From the NCBI GenBank assembly GCA_963699305.1, contig OY969431.1:1076911-1140910 (forward strand): 64,000 nucleotides of DNA, read 5' to 3'. Below are positions 19,278 through 31,045 of the stretch, piece after piece. Made by a program: the position numbers and the translations under genes. This DNA is from an uncultured Chloroflexia bacterium. Lineage in GTDB: Bacteria > Chloroflexota > Anaerolineae > Anaerolineales > Anaerolineaceae. The first letter of the stretch is position 1. Every line of letters starts with the position of its first letter. The notes beneath the pieces were generated by a model. It saw only the letters and a list, made by a program, of their open reading frames with translations. It did no database searches and had not been told where the DNA came from.

Positions 19278-20990
19278 TTAAGATAGCCTGATACCGGTGA
19301 CCTGAAACACCTCAATTGGTTCGACCTTTCCTTTCACAGCGATTGACCCCACATTATTCATTTCCATCCTCTGCCTGACTGATTCTTCAACAGCTTTGCT
19401 TACCATAATTTGCCCAGCACTAGCCAATTCTTGAATTCGTTTTGCAGTGTTAACGGTATCACCTATTGCCGTAAATTCCATCTTTTTTTCAGTCCCGATC
19501 AATCCAAGAATCACTTCCCCGGTATGAATGCCAATTCCAAATTCAAGAGCATGATTGCTATCATTTAACTGGGTTACAGCAGACTGGATGTCTAGTGATG
19601 TATACACCGCTCGAAGAATATGATCCGTCTGCGCCAAAGGTGCATTAAACCAGGCAAGGATTCCATCTCCCAGGAATTTATCGATTGTTCCACCATTCTC
19701 AAGAATAATATTCGACGCACAAGAGAGATACTTGTTTAATAAGGTGATAAGGTTTTCAGGGGCAATTTTTTCACTTAAACTGGTGAAATCACGAATATCT
19801 GCAAAAAGAACTGTAATCACTTTCTTCGTCCCACCCAGTTCAAGTTGATTGGGGTCCAGTTGCTTGATGATTTCCGGTGACACCATCCTTTCAAATAACC
19901 TTTGACTTGCTTCCAACTTCTTCCGTTCTGTTAAGTCATCGATAACAATGACAGTTCCTATGACTTTACCATCCGTTGTTCGAAGAGGGGAAATTACTAA
20001 TCTCAACGATGTCTTTGGACAAGGTTCTTCTTCTATTAAATAATCCTGCTCCAAAATTATCACTCCTTTTTCAATCGCTTCCATTTGTGCTTTTTGGAAT
20101 TCATCATTGAAACAAGGGATTTCTTTATATATAGGTTTGCCAATAATTTCCCGTCCTTTGATTGAAAAGATTCGGGAAGCGGCAGAGTTACATAAATTAA
20201 TATTATTTTCCAGGTCTGTCGTAATAACACCGCTGGTTACAGAAGAAAAAGCATTATCCAGCAGTTGCTTTAATTGGGTGACCTCCTCCAATGTATGCTG
20301 CACAGATTCATACAACCTGGCATTCTCCAAGGCAACAGCCGCCTGGTCTGCAAAACCTTTCATAATATCCAATTCTTTATTAGTAAATAAGCCCGCTTTG
20401 ATTCGATTATCGGTATAGATGATCCCGGTTAATAAACCTTTAGCTTTTAAGGGGACGCATAAGATTGACCGCAAATTATACGAAATGACGCTTTCCTGGT
20501 TGTCAAATCTTGGATCTTTTTGCGCATTTGTTGTTAATATCGGTTCACCACTGGAAACAACTTGATTTATCAGTGTCGAACTGAAAGTAATTTCATCTTT
20601 GGCTATGGTTTCTTGTTCCCAATCGCGGGCGACTTTTATTTGTAATTCCCCATGTTCATCATACAACATTAAAAATCCTCGTTCAGCATTGGTGAGGCGG
20701 ATGATCGTATCCATAACGATCTGGAGTACGGTGGATAAGTTTAACGATGAATTTACCACTCTACCGATTCCGGATAATGCCCCCAATTTTTCATGATCCT
20801 TTAGTAGAGAATCCACCTTTTGTTGTATTTTTATGATTTCATTGCTGATTAAATTGAGAAAACTATCAAGAGACTGCACAGTTTGAGGATCTCCACAAGC
20901 ATCCCGGATTGATTGCACTTGTTTGAGTTGTTCAAGTACGATCCGAAACTGTGTTCTAAGCAAATTTTCAGTCAATGATTCAGAACTCAT
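19278..20990 (-). CDS. class III adenylate/guanylate cyclase with GAF and PAS sensor domains
   Basis: A central GAF-like region, a PAS-like region (VTSGVITTDLENNINLCNSAASRIFS) and a C-terminal cyclase domain (ITVLFADIRDFTSLSE...GGTIDKFLGDGILAWFNAP...GIHTGEVILGLIG...IGDTVNTAKRIQ). Confidence 0.85.
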   Translation of the reverse strand: MSSESLTENLLRTQFRIVLEQLKQVQSIRDACGDPQTVQSLDSFLNLISNEIIKIQQKVDSLLKDHEKLGALSGIGRVVNSSLNLSTVLQIVMDTIIRLTNAERGFLMLYDEHGELQIKVARDWEQETIAKDEITFSSTLINQVVSSGEPILTTNAQKDPRFDNQESVISYNLRSILCVPLKAKGLLTGIIYTDNRIKAGLFTNKELDIMKGFADQAAVALENARLYESVQHTLEEVTQLKQLLDNAFSSVTSGVITTDLENNINLCNSAASRIFSIKGREIIGKPIYKEIPCFNDEFQKAQMEAIEKGVIILEQDYLIEEEPCPKTSLRLVISPLRTTDGKVIGTVIVIDDLTERKKLEASQRLFERMVSPEIIKQLDPNQLELGGTKKVITVLFADIRDFTSLSEKIAPENLITLLNKYLSCASNIILENGGTIDKFLGDGILAWFNAPLAQTDHILRAVYTSLDIQSAVTQLNDSNHALEFGIGIHTGEVILGLIGTEKKMEFTAIGDTVNTAKRIQELASAGQIMVSKAVEESVRQRMEMNNVGSIAVKGKVEPIEVFQVTGIRLS

Positions 20991-23320
20991 CGACTTCCCC
21001 TTTTCGAAAGTTTGAAAAGGTTTCGAAAACGCTTTTTGAATATCGTGCGCTGTATAGATTTTGCTGAACCCTCTGCCTTTGCCTGATCAGCATGCGATGC
21101 ACTATATAGATCGCGTTCGTATTCGAGCAGCAGTATCTTTGCAGGATGCTCAACCATGGGTAATTCTTGAACCAAGGATTTTATTTTTTCTTGTGGAGTT
21201 TGTGAAGGCGAAACCCTGAGATTAATTTTCTTTGCAGAGATCATCACATTTTCGAATAAACGCTGGATTGGAGTGAGTTCTTCTCGGTGTGCCCAATCTG
21301 AGATCCAATCGGGGATTCCGATATCCAGCTTTCTCAAAAGATGGATAATAAAGGTAGGAATTGATTTCTTTTTACGCTTCTTCAGGGTTTGTCGCCGCCA
21401 GATGAATACTCCTACCAGGATGATGACCATAGCCAAAAATGCTAAATATCCGAAGAGTTTATCCAGTTGTGTCGATTCCTCAATCCCAGCACTGTTCGCA
21501 TTTGTATCACCAGTTGCAATATTCCCAACCTCTGGTTCTTGAAAATTTCTAGTTGCATCAGCAATTGGTGTTGCTATTATTAAGTTGCGGTCTACCAATT
21601 GGTACCGCAACGGCAGAATCGTAACGGTTGGTTCAAATTCAACCCATCCTATCCCTTCGAACCATACCTCTGGCCAGGCATGGCTGTCCTTCAACCGTGC
21701 TCGGAACTGAGTACCCGTTGCCAATCTTTCGCCTTGTGCATATCCGACTGCCAACCGGGCTGGAATTCCCAAAGTACGTAGCAAAACAACCTCCGCAGAT
21801 GCGTAGTATGTACAAAATCCCTTTTTCTGATCAAAAAGCAACCAATCAACAAGGTCGCGCCTTTCAGGCAGGGATGGGACAGTACCTTCATACTGGATAT
21901 TCCCTCGTAAATATTCCGTGATAGCAAGAGTTTTATCAAAAGGATTATGGACTCCTACCGTGATTTCCAATGCAAGATCTCTTACACGCTCGGGCAAGTC
22001 TTCGGGTAGTTGTAAATAGCGTTCCTTGATCCACTCTGGATAATTGTTTCCTGAAACGATCAGCTGTTCGGATGAAGGATAATTTAAGATAGTCTCAAAT
22101 GTGTATTTTTGATTTTGTTCAAGTGGTTTATTGGGAATGATTGATATGATATCCTTTTTCGAATCCGGCTGATTAAAGAATAAGAGCTCACCGGGAAGAT
22201 CGATTGAGGTGATATTTCCACTTGTGAAGAATATACCAATCTTCCTCGAAGATCGGATCGAAAGAGTTACGACAGGAGATGTTCCGGTCTGTGCATTTTC
22301 ATTAATACTAGTCGACGACGAGTAAGGTAACAGCGAATAATCTGAGTTGCTCCATTCTTCACCATCATAATAGTCGTACACCCGTGACCGCCAATAGAAG
22401 TTGTAACCGCTTGGCGGAGTTTCTGAAGACTCTATATAAAGCAATACTTGATCGTCGGTTGGAATACTTTGACCAATTGAAAAAATCGCTTCATTTTTGA
22501 AAAATGACGTATCTTCTGGTTGATTCAATGGAGCAAACACATTGTTCCAACGTGTTGTGAGATTTTCAAAGTACTTCCTTACCTGTTGTTGTTCAACGGT
22601 CCCAGGCGTGAATGCGTTGACAATACTTGGGATAGTCCACGCAAGGAAGACGATCAAAATTGAGTTGAGAATCACATTCCTGTTAAAGTCCAGCTTCGAA
22701 TTGGGTTCATAAACAATATGATTCTTCTTCCAAAAACTTTCACGATTATTGAAAAATATCCTCGCCATCAGGAATAATAGGAAAAGAAAAAATATTGCCG
22801 TCAGAAACCAACTTTTATTTTGTTTAGGCAGGAAAACATCGATCGTGATGAGACCGACCGAACCAAAAATAATGGCACCCCAGGGATTGTTGGATCGAAC
22901 AAGTGAAAAACCAGAGAAAAATCCAATAAACCAGCAGCATATAGTCACTGCAAAAAGAAAGAATAACGTACTTTCTATGGGTTGGTGATGGAATAATTGA
23001 TAGATCGATTGTCCCAATTGGAATAGTACATTGAAAATTCGATCAAACAATCCTTGTTGTCCCCGTAATGTCAATCCCAAAAACGGGAAAATTACCACAA
23101 TGGATATGAGAAGAGAGGATAGAAGAACTTCGAACGTTGAGAGTTTGCTGTAACCAATCGCAATGCCGATGACACAGCTTAGGATGATCAGTAATGTAAT
23201 TGTTTCAAGATCATCCGCCCAATGTGAAATACCCAAGTACAACCCAATCGATACCATCATGATCAACAATCGAGCGATCGATGGGTAATCCCATACTTTG
23301 GTTAATTTTTTCTGTATCAT
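20987..23320 (-). CDS. transglutaminase-domain membrane protein (TgpA-like)
   Basis: An N-terminal multi-TM region and a transglutaminase core with Cys/His/Asp context (KKGFCTYYASAEVVLLRTLGIPARLAVGY...DSHAWPEVWFEGIGWVEFEPT). A late TM helix and a C-terminal cytoplasmic tail follow. Confidence 0.8.
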   Translation of the reverse strand: MIQKKLTKVWDYPSIARLLIMMVSIGLYLGISHWADDLETITLLIILSCVIGIAIGYSKLSTFEVLLSSLLISIVVIFPFLGLTLRGQQGLFDRIFNVLFQLGQSIYQLFHHQPIESTLFFLFAVTICCWFIGFFSGFSLVRSNNPWGAIIFGSVGLITIDVFLPKQNKSWFLTAIFFLFLLFLMARIFFNNRESFWKKNHIVYEPNSKLDFNRNVILNSILIVFLAWTIPSIVNAFTPGTVEQQQVRKYFENLTTRWNNVFAPLNQPEDTSFFKNEAIFSIGQSIPTDDQVLLYIESSETPPSGYNFYWRSRVYDYYDGEEWSNSDYSLLPYSSSTSINENAQTGTSPVVTLSIRSSRKIGIFFTSGNITSIDLPGELLFFNQPDSKKDIISIIPNKPLEQNQKYTFETILNYPSSEQLIVSGNNYPEWIKERYLQLPEDLPERVRDLALEITVGVHNPFDKTLAITEYLRGNIQYEGTVPSLPERRDLVDWLLFDQKKGFCTYYASAEVVLLRTLGIPARLAVGYAQGERLATGTQFRARLKDSHAWPEVWFEGIGWVEFEPTVTILPLRYQLVDRNLIIATPIADATRNFQEPEVGNIATGDTNANSAGIEESTQLDKLFGYLAFLAMVIILVGVFIWRRQTLKKRKKKSIPTFIIHLLRKLDIGIPDWISDWAHREELTPIQRLFENVMISAKKINLRVSPSQTPQEKIKSLVQELPMVEHPAKILLLEYERDLYSASHADQAKAEGSAKSIQRTIFKKRFRNLFKLSKRGSR

Positions 23321-23370
23321 CTAGTGTACAATATTATCATAAGGCAAAATTTGGTTTCTAGGAAACATTT

Positions 23371-24360
23371 ATGAAATTGTTTTGGCCTTCTGAAATCCCA
23401 ATCATCCTTTTTTTGCAAAATCTCGGAAGTTGGATTGGTCCTATGATGCGGACCATTTCGTTGCTGGGTACTGAAGATTTCTTTCTTCTGATCATGCCAG
23501 TAATTTTCTGGTCTATCGATTCAGCGTTGGGAATTCGCTTGGGTTACCTGATTCTCTCCTCCTCTAGTTTAAACGGATGGGTTAAGTTGACTTTTCAAGG
23601 CTCCCGCCCGTATTGGTTTGATGCCAGGGTAGAAGGTTTTGCAAACGAATCCTCTTTTGGTTTTCCATCAGGTCACACACAAAGTGCCACTGTCATTTGG
23701 GGACGGTTGGCAGTTTGGATTAAACGCAGTTGGTTTTGGGTGGTGGCTTGCATCATCATTCTCCTGGTTGGGCTCTCTAGAATTTTTCTCGGAGTACATT
23801 TCATCAGTGATGTTATCGGTGGTTTAATTGTTGGGATTTTGTTCTTGCTTTTATTTTTATTCTTAGAAAAACCGATTGCAAAATGGTGGTGTGGCCGCAA
23901 ATTGGGTTGGCAAATTATTTTCGGTTTTCTTTCATCATTGGTTTTTATCCTTATTGAATGGTTGATCACGTGGAGTTTACGTAGTTGGCAATTGCCCACT
24001 GAATGGTTGGCGAATGCTGTGCGAGATTTTCCCTTAGTTCCACCCAATCCGATCGACATCAGCGGAGCATTTACCGTCGCAGGCACTTGGTTTGGACTGA
24101 CCGCTGGGATATCATGGATCTTCCATCGAGGTGGATTCTTCGTTGCAAAGAAACCTGTACATAAAATATATTCTTTTCTGATTGGCTTGGTCGGTGTACT
24201 GGCAATTCGGATGGGTCTTGACATTATTTTCCCCGATTCAGCAAACTGGATTGGTTTCGGTTTTCGATACTTACGTTATGCACTGGTTGGATTTTGGGTG
24301 GCAGGTCTGGCACCCTTTATTTTCATTTCGCTGAAATGGGCGAATAAATCAAATCATTAG
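23371..24360 (+). CDS. PAP2-family phosphatase (membrane)
   Basis: PAP2 motifs GSRPYW, FPSGHTQSA and SRIFLGVHFISDVIGG. Confidence 0.8.
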   Translation: MKLFWPSEIPIILFLQNLGSWIGPMMRTISLLGTEDFFLLIMPVIFWSIDSALGIRLGYLILSSSSLNGWVKLTFQGSRPYWFDARVEGFANESSFGFPSGHTQSATVIWGRLAVWIKRSWFWVVACIIILLVGLSRIFLGVHFISDVIGGLIVGILFLLLFLFLEKPIAKWWCGRKLGWQIIFGFLSSLVFILIEWLITWSLRSWQLPTEWLANAVRDFPLVPPNPIDISGAFTVAGTWFGLTAGISWIFHRGGFFVAKKPVHKIYSFLIGLVGVLAIRMGLDIIFPDSANWIGFGFRYLRYALVGFWVAGLAPFIFISLKWANKSNH

Positions 24361-24370
24361 GAGATAAACC

Positions 24371-24592
24371 ATGAAAAAGTTCTTTTCTTTCTTTTTCGGT
24401 GCAATTCTAGGTGGAGCCTTAGGAGCCAGTGCTGCACTTCTTTTCGCTCCCATGAAAGGGACTGACTTGCGGCAGAAGTTGAACGAATATTTGATTGAAG
24501 TTAAATCGGAAGTCGGTTCAGCTGTTGATGAAAGAAGATCCGAGCTGCAAGACCAAATTGCACGCTTACGTAAGCCATCGACTTCAAAATGA
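24371..24592 (+). CDS. YtxH-domain protein
   Basis: A 73-aa protein with the N-terminal helix FFFGAILGGALGASAALLFAPMKGTDLR, typical of YtxH. Confidence 0.6.
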   Translation: MKKFFSFFFGAILGGALGASAALLFAPMKGTDLRQKLNEYLIEVKSEVGSAVDERRSELQDQIARLRKPSTSK

Positions 24593-24596
24593 ATTC

Positions 24597-24626
24597 AAAA
24601 AAGATCGGGTAAACCCGATCTTTTTT
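24597..24626. terminator. bidirectional intrinsic terminator
   Basis: AAAAAA-GATCGGG-taaa-CCCGATC-TTTTTT between convergent genes. Confidence 0.8.
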
Positions 24627-26706
24627 ATTTTTCATTAATTGAGATTTCATACGTTCCATTCTTTTGTGTATGTCTGGCGGTACCACTCACTATAATCAAG
24701 ACAGAATCGTAATCGTTTCCGATTTCGATCGGAATTTGTGTGTCACTTCCAATTTGAACAATCACATGTTCAACAGAGGGAACCGATCCTTCCCGGATAA
24801 TGGTCAAATTGAATGTCTGCGGGAGGGTATTTTCTATTCGGACAAAACCTTCCGATTGCCATTTCCCCATTCCCGACTCAAAATCTTCGTAGTATCCAAT
24901 CGCTGGGATCGAAATATCATCAATCATAAATCCCTCGTAGACCACCCCCGCGTCCGTTATATATTCAAATTGGATTTCGATTTTTTGTCCTGCATAAATG
25001 CTGAGATCTACAGATTGTTCCGCCCAACCCGAACTACTTCCTGAATATCCACACCCTAACCCGTTTTCCTCCTCACGACAGGATTGTGTCGGAACAACCT
25101 GCCATTGACCGTTTTCAGGTTTAGCCTCCAAGAAGACGTAATCAAAATTATCCTCAATGTCATATGAAACCCAATATTTCATTATTATGGGACCTGAAAT
25201 ATTTGTAAAATCAAAACTTCCATGCATCGTTGAATCCGAATCATCAGATTGGTTCGACCAAAAGAAATAATTTCCAGAGTAAGCATCGGTTGAGACTATT
25301 GGAACGGTGATATTCCCGGAAAACAGGAAGTCATATGAACCGCGGCACCTTATTTGAATGTAGTCCGTACCATATTGATTCACCTGCCGTGCTGTTTTTT
25401 CCATTGGACAATCATAGATGACCTCTGTAGGCTGAGCTGTGGATGTTAATTGATAAGCATGGTATCCATATCTTCCATCATACAAGTCAGTGTCGTTCAG
25501 GTAGTTTGCTATAGTCCAATCTGCAAATACATCATCTGCGGTCTCTATAATTCCAGAGAACACATTACGTGCGTCGATAGCCTGAAGAGTTACATCGATG
25601 CTATCGAATCCATTTTCCTGCTCGCTCACTAGATCTTTCGTTGCATCTTCACCAAATTGTTCATAAAAATATTGGATAAATAAATATGCTGCGCCATAAT
25701 AGGGATCAGACAAGGAGAGATCTTCCGGCCAGTCTCGCATTGGGATATCAGGATTTCGCAGATAATAATAATCAAATCCACCAGCGTTATACCCATTGAT
25801 GAATGACGCCAGGTCAGATAACCCTTCATTCATCCAGCTATCTTCATTCTTGTCTCGATACCAGTGGATCATGTGTTGAAATTCGTGAGCAAGGACTCCA
25901 TAAGTGTATGCGCTTCCAAGGGGTTCAGAAGTGCTCAAATAAAACATTTCATGCATATTGGATGTGGGATCGATGGTTGTAGCCATCTCATCTACACTGG
26001 AAAAATACCCTGCGATATTCGATCCAAGACCCCGCGCATACAGTATGTAGAGATGAACATCTCCGTCGATCCCCGGAGACCATTCGCTGCCAAAGAAATC
26101 CCGATTGGTGGGATAAATTTTATTTTCAAACGTATCGCATAAATCCTTCAAATCCCTGCTATCGTACTTGATTCCATTTTCAATCCAAAAGTAAAGATGG
26201 GGGGTTGTGTACCGAAGAGTTGCTTGAATGGTCAGTTCTTCTTCGGTATCATCATTTGTGGCGTAAAATGATTGTGTATCCCCAATAGTTCGATCCACAG
26301 CAATTAACGGTGTAAACGATGAATCGATATGGATACCCCTAAGTTTGCTTGAAATGGAATCCAAATCCCTCACAGGAATAATCTCATTTTTTATGGTAGC
26401 TAATGTATCGAAAGCTCGATCCAATTCCGGTGAAGACAAGTGAGTCTCGGTGGGGGTAGACTGTGTTTTCAACACTGCTGTGCTTGTCGCTTCCAAGGAT
26501 ACGCGAAATGGTGTCTGAGTTGTTATTTGAACAGGAGTGATTCTTGTAAATAAATCCTTCATCACAATATTCACGCCATTGACATTAATATTAATAGTAT
26601 CAATCGTTACATATAGAATCACAGTTGATACAGCGCAAAGACTAATGATAATAATAGAGACTGCCAGACAGCAGGAACTACGCTGTTTATTCATTTCGAA
26701 TTCCAT
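24625..26706 (-). CDS. membrane-anchored extracytoplasmic zinc metallopeptidase (gluzincin, MA clan)
   Basis: An N-terminal signal-anchor, then HEFQHMIH (HExxH) followed 16 residues later by WMNEGLSD, an M1-like third zinc-ligand context. The C-terminal region is large and beta-rich. Confidence 0.6.
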   Translation of the reverse strand: MEFEMNKQRSSCCLAVSIIIISLCAVSTVILYVTIDTININVNGVNIVMKDLFTRITPVQITTQTPFRVSLEATSTAVLKTQSTPTETHLSSPELDRAFDTLATIKNEIIPVRDLDSISSKLRGIHIDSSFTPLIAVDRTIGDTQSFYATNDDTEEELTIQATLRYTTPHLYFWIENGIKYDSRDLKDLCDTFENKIYPTNRDFFGSEWSPGIDGDVHLYILYARGLGSNIAGYFSSVDEMATTIDPTSNMHEMFYLSTSEPLGSAYTYGVLAHEFQHMIHWYRDKNEDSWMNEGLSDLASFINGYNAGGFDYYYLRNPDIPMRDWPEDLSLSDPYYGAAYLFIQYFYEQFGEDATKDLVSEQENGFDSIDVTLQAIDARNVFSGIIETADDVFADWTIANYLNDTDLYDGRYGYHAYQLTSTAQPTEVIYDCPMEKTARQVNQYGTDYIQIRCRGSYDFLFSGNITVPIVSTDAYSGNYFFWSNQSDDSDSTMHGSFDFTNISGPIIMKYWVSYDIEDNFDYVFLEAKPENGQWQVVPTQSCREEENGLGCGYSGSSSGWAEQSVDLSIYAGQKIEIQFEYITDAGVVYEGFMIDDISIPAIGYYEDFESGMGKWQSEGFVRIENTLPQTFNLTIIREGSVPSVEHVIVQIGSDTQIPIEIGNDYDSVLIIVSGTARHTQKNGTYEISINEK

Positions 26707-28207
26707 TCATGGAAGAATTGAAAGTTCGAAATTCCATAATGCTTGTCGCTGTGATAAGTCCAGCAGTAATCCATAAATAAGGCAACGCAAAAGAATCAAC
26801 GCTAAATCCCTCCAATAAAAATGCCAGGAGCATGAAAAACCCTGCTTTACCAATAAGTTTAAATATCCGGTTTCGACTTTTTTGAATGAATTTCGCAGAG
26901 GAAAACAAGATATACAACCAGGCTAGAAAACAACAGAAGCCAGCGATCCCTGTTTCTGCCAAAATCCTTATCCACAAGCTTTTAATATTCATAAGGTAGT
27001 CCGAACGGTATAGGATACGGCGGACTTCGACCATAATGCGACTGAAAGGATTTAGATTTTCTGTCATGTAATAACCAGCCAACCCTACGCCCACGCCCAT
27101 AATAGGATGGTCATTAAAAACATTCCAACCTGCGATCCAATATGCTACTCGTTCACCCATTTTAAGATTGTCAGCATAATCCAAAACAGGACTTTCGCTG
27201 GTTGTATCAAATGTGAACAAATCAGCCATCCGATTGTCAACCTTGGTAAGTACGATCATGGTTCCATATACTAAACCCACGTATGCGAAAACGAAAATTA
27301 TTATTAAAACAGCATTAATGTATCCAAGATTTTTCTTATCGAGTAGCTTTTTCACTTTTCCGACAGCTGCCAGTTTGCTATTAATTGACTTGATTATTTT
27401 GCTATTAAACTCAATGAATATGGCTACCAACATCAGAAAAAATGCTGCTATCCCAACTCGGGAGAGAGTCAAACTTAAGGTAATTACTCCCATTACCAGT
27501 AATAAATTCTCGAGAGTGAAAAATCCGATTTTAAACTTGTGAGACGAAACTTTGCTGACTGTGGCTGAAAGCCATAATGGCAAATAAAGCATATTGAGTT
27601 GATGGGCAAACCATGAGGGTTCCATGGTTAATCCAAATGCCCTTCCTGTTCCTAATTCACCCAAGCTGATGATATTTTGAATTTGATCGATTATGGTAGG
27701 GTAAGTATGCGTGGTATACCAGAAACCGGCTCTCAAGAAAGTCCATGACAAGACGATTAATCCAGACCAATTGATGATCTGCAAAGTGATTATTAATAAT
27801 CGCTCTGTTCGTAAATATACTGCGATGATCAAGTAAAAACTTATACCGATGACTAGAGTGATAAGACCTTTAACCGCACTATTGAAGGTGGAGATATCTT
27901 TGAATGGTGGTATACGTGTGATAAGTGCAAAAATGGTGGAAAAGAAGGCTATAAGCAGGAACCACATCACTGGTTGAAAGTGAAAAGGCAACGCACCTTT
28001 TTTTATCAGGTTGGGGATTAGCCAAAATCCACACAAAATAAATACAAAAATCGTTGCCGGAGGAGCAACCATTGATCCACTGATCGAAGCTAGTAAAGGT
28101 AAACTAGTTATCGGCAGCGTGACAAATAATAGAAACCAGTTCCATTCAAAAAAATGAAATCGAATTGTCCGAAAAAGTTGAAATGGATTACTTTTTTTTG
28201 ACTGCAT
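26687..28207 (-). CDS. O-antigen ligase/polymerase-like (Wzy_C-type) polytopic membrane protein
   Basis: At least 10 TM helices and a central LTLSRVGIAAFFLMLVAIF segment of the O-antigen-ligase type. I chose the start at MQSKKS (28207) because the longer ORF overlaps the upstream gene. Confidence 0.55.
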   Translation of the reverse strand: MQSKKSNPFQLFRTIRFHFFEWNWFLLFVTLPITSLPLLASISGSMVAPPATIFVFILCGFWLIPNLIKKGALPFHFQPVMWFLLIAFFSTIFALITRIPPFKDISTFNSAVKGLITLVIGISFYLIIAVYLRTERLLIITLQIINWSGLIVLSWTFLRAGFWYTTHTYPTIIDQIQNIISLGELGTGRAFGLTMEPSWFAHQLNMLYLPLWLSATVSKVSSHKFKIGFFTLENLLLVMGVITLSLTLSRVGIAAFFLMLVAIFIEFNSKIIKSINSKLAAVGKVKKLLDKKNLGYINAVLIIIFVFAYVGLVYGTMIVLTKVDNRMADLFTFDTTSESPVLDYADNLKMGERVAYWIAGWNVFNDHPIMGVGVGLAGYYMTENLNPFSRIMVEVRRILYRSDYLMNIKSLWIRILAETGIAGFCCFLAWLYILFSSAKFIQKSRNRIFKLIGKAGFFMLLAFLLEGFSVDSFALPYLWITAGLITATSIMEFRTFNSSMNGIRNE

Positions 28208-28997
28208 GGAATTTAATGGTATGAAGGAACACAATGCCCATAATGAATCCCAGGATGCTAAAGCCAAAAACCAGGAAGTTACGGTTGTAGCTGACCGGAG
28301 ATGTTGGGTTCTGCCCCTCTTCACTGATATAAAAAGTCATTTCTGGAATTATCCCCATACTTTTCAGCTTTTCATTTTGTAACTTGCTCGAAATTGTGCT
28401 TATTTCATCTTTTATGAAGTCGGTATTTTTTCTCTCACACGGTTCATAGACCGGCATCACAATACTTGTAGATTCCATGCATTTTTCCAAATTGGATAAT
28501 TTCTCAGTCAGATGGTTGGCAAGTAATGCATGCATGGATGCAGCTTGTAATCGGATGAGCGCTTCCCTTGCCCAAATGTTGACGACGGTGGTCGCGGTTT
28601 CCGGGTTACTCGTCCGCACCCTCATCCGCCAGAGATATTCTTGTCTCTCTAGAAACGAGATTTTTTGAAGCGATTCCAAGGTAGAGATTAAAATTTTTTC
28701 AGCAGTAATTTTTTCCAGAACTATGCGAGTTAACTCAGTAGATCTTAATAAATCTCCCACTGCATCCACCGCCTGGTCCTGCTGCTCATCCGTCAAAACT
28801 CCTGTTTGGACGAAATTGATGGAAGTCGTGATCGCCGCTTGACTCTCGTAAATTGGTGGAACTACGGCGTGCGCGATAAGTCCAATGATCGCTCCTCCCA
28901 GCATAAAAAGAACGATTATCCACCAGTATTTGAGTGTTTTGAGAAAGGAATCCATCGGGATGAATTCAGTCGTCATTCGTTTTTTCATCTTCATCAA
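28188..28997 (-). CDS. Wzz-like polysaccharide chain-length determinant protein
   Basis: A TM helix at each end (YWWIIVLFMLGGAIIGLIAHAVV and FLVFGFSILGFIMGIVFL) with a helical extracytoplasmic middle. This is PCP/Wzz topology. Confidence 0.5.
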   Translation of the reverse strand: MMKMKKRMTTEFIPMDSFLKTLKYWWIIVLFMLGGAIIGLIAHAVVPPIYESQAAITTSINFVQTGVLTDEQQDQAVDAVGDLLRSTELTRIVLEKITAEKILISTLESLQKISFLERQEYLWRMRVRTSNPETATTVVNIWAREALIRLQAASMHALLANHLTEKLSNLEKCMESTSIVMPVYEPCERKNTDFIKDEISTISSKLQNEKLKSMGIIPEMTFYISEEGQNPTSPVSYNRNFLVFGFSILGFIMGIVFLHTIKFHAVKKK

Positions 28998-29087
28998 TAC
29001 TGAAACGAATTATACATAGAAAAAAGCCGCACTGCCCCTAAATATTTTGGATTATTTCAAGTCAAAATGGAAGAATCTAATTAATAG

Positions 29088-29716
29088 CTAAGTTTCGTTT
29101 GCCGGCTCATCCTTATAGAGTTGAAGTTTCTCGATAAGCTTAAAAACAGGTTCCGGGAGATAATATTTAACTGCCCTGCCTTGTGCTATGCGTTGGCGGA
29201 TCTGTCTGGATGAAATCTCCAATAAAGGCGCTTCGACGAATCGCAATTTTCCTGTTAATCCTGGTAATTGCTGTTCCAGTAAGCTAAGATCAATCTGATC
29301 TCCGGGTCTCCGCATCACACCCAAACCTTCGGTCATATCGATGATTTGCCGCGGGTGATACCATTCAGGAAAATCATGCAGTGAATCCCCGCCGATTAAG
29401 TAATAAAGCTCCACTCCCGGAAATCGTTCTTTCACCTCGCGTATCGTATCCACTGCGTATTGCGGTGCTGGTCGCTTCATTTCCAAGGTTGAAATCTCAA
29501 ACTTTGGTTCGAGATTTATGGCTGCCTTTAGTAGCTCGAGACGGGTTTCAACCGGTGTAATCGTCAGGTGTAATTTATGCGGCGGGTCCGGGGTGAGCAT
29601 CCATAATAAGCGATCTAACTGCAATTGATCGCACGCTTCCATTGCAAGGATTAGATGTCCCAAGTGAGGTGGATTGAACGTACCCCCAAATATGCCTATG
29701 CGCAGTTTTTTCTCCA

Positions 29717-29729
<13 letters not shown>
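29088..29729 (-). CDS. nadD: nicotinate-nucleotide adenylyltransferase
   Basis: GIFGGTFNPPHLGHL (HxGH) and the ISSRQIRQR motif. The start could equally be the MEKK codon at 29717. Confidence 0.9.
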
Positions 29730-31032
<1,303 letters not shown>

Positions 31033-31045
31033 TTACTTCTATTTT

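Noticed and set aside
23673-24224. The 183-aa minus-strand ORF inside the PAP2 gene. Similar antisense ORFs lie at 34650-35105, 43146-43655, 46615-47079 and 54240-54767.
   Set aside because: All lie antisense to ORFs with clear family motifs and lack motifs of their own.
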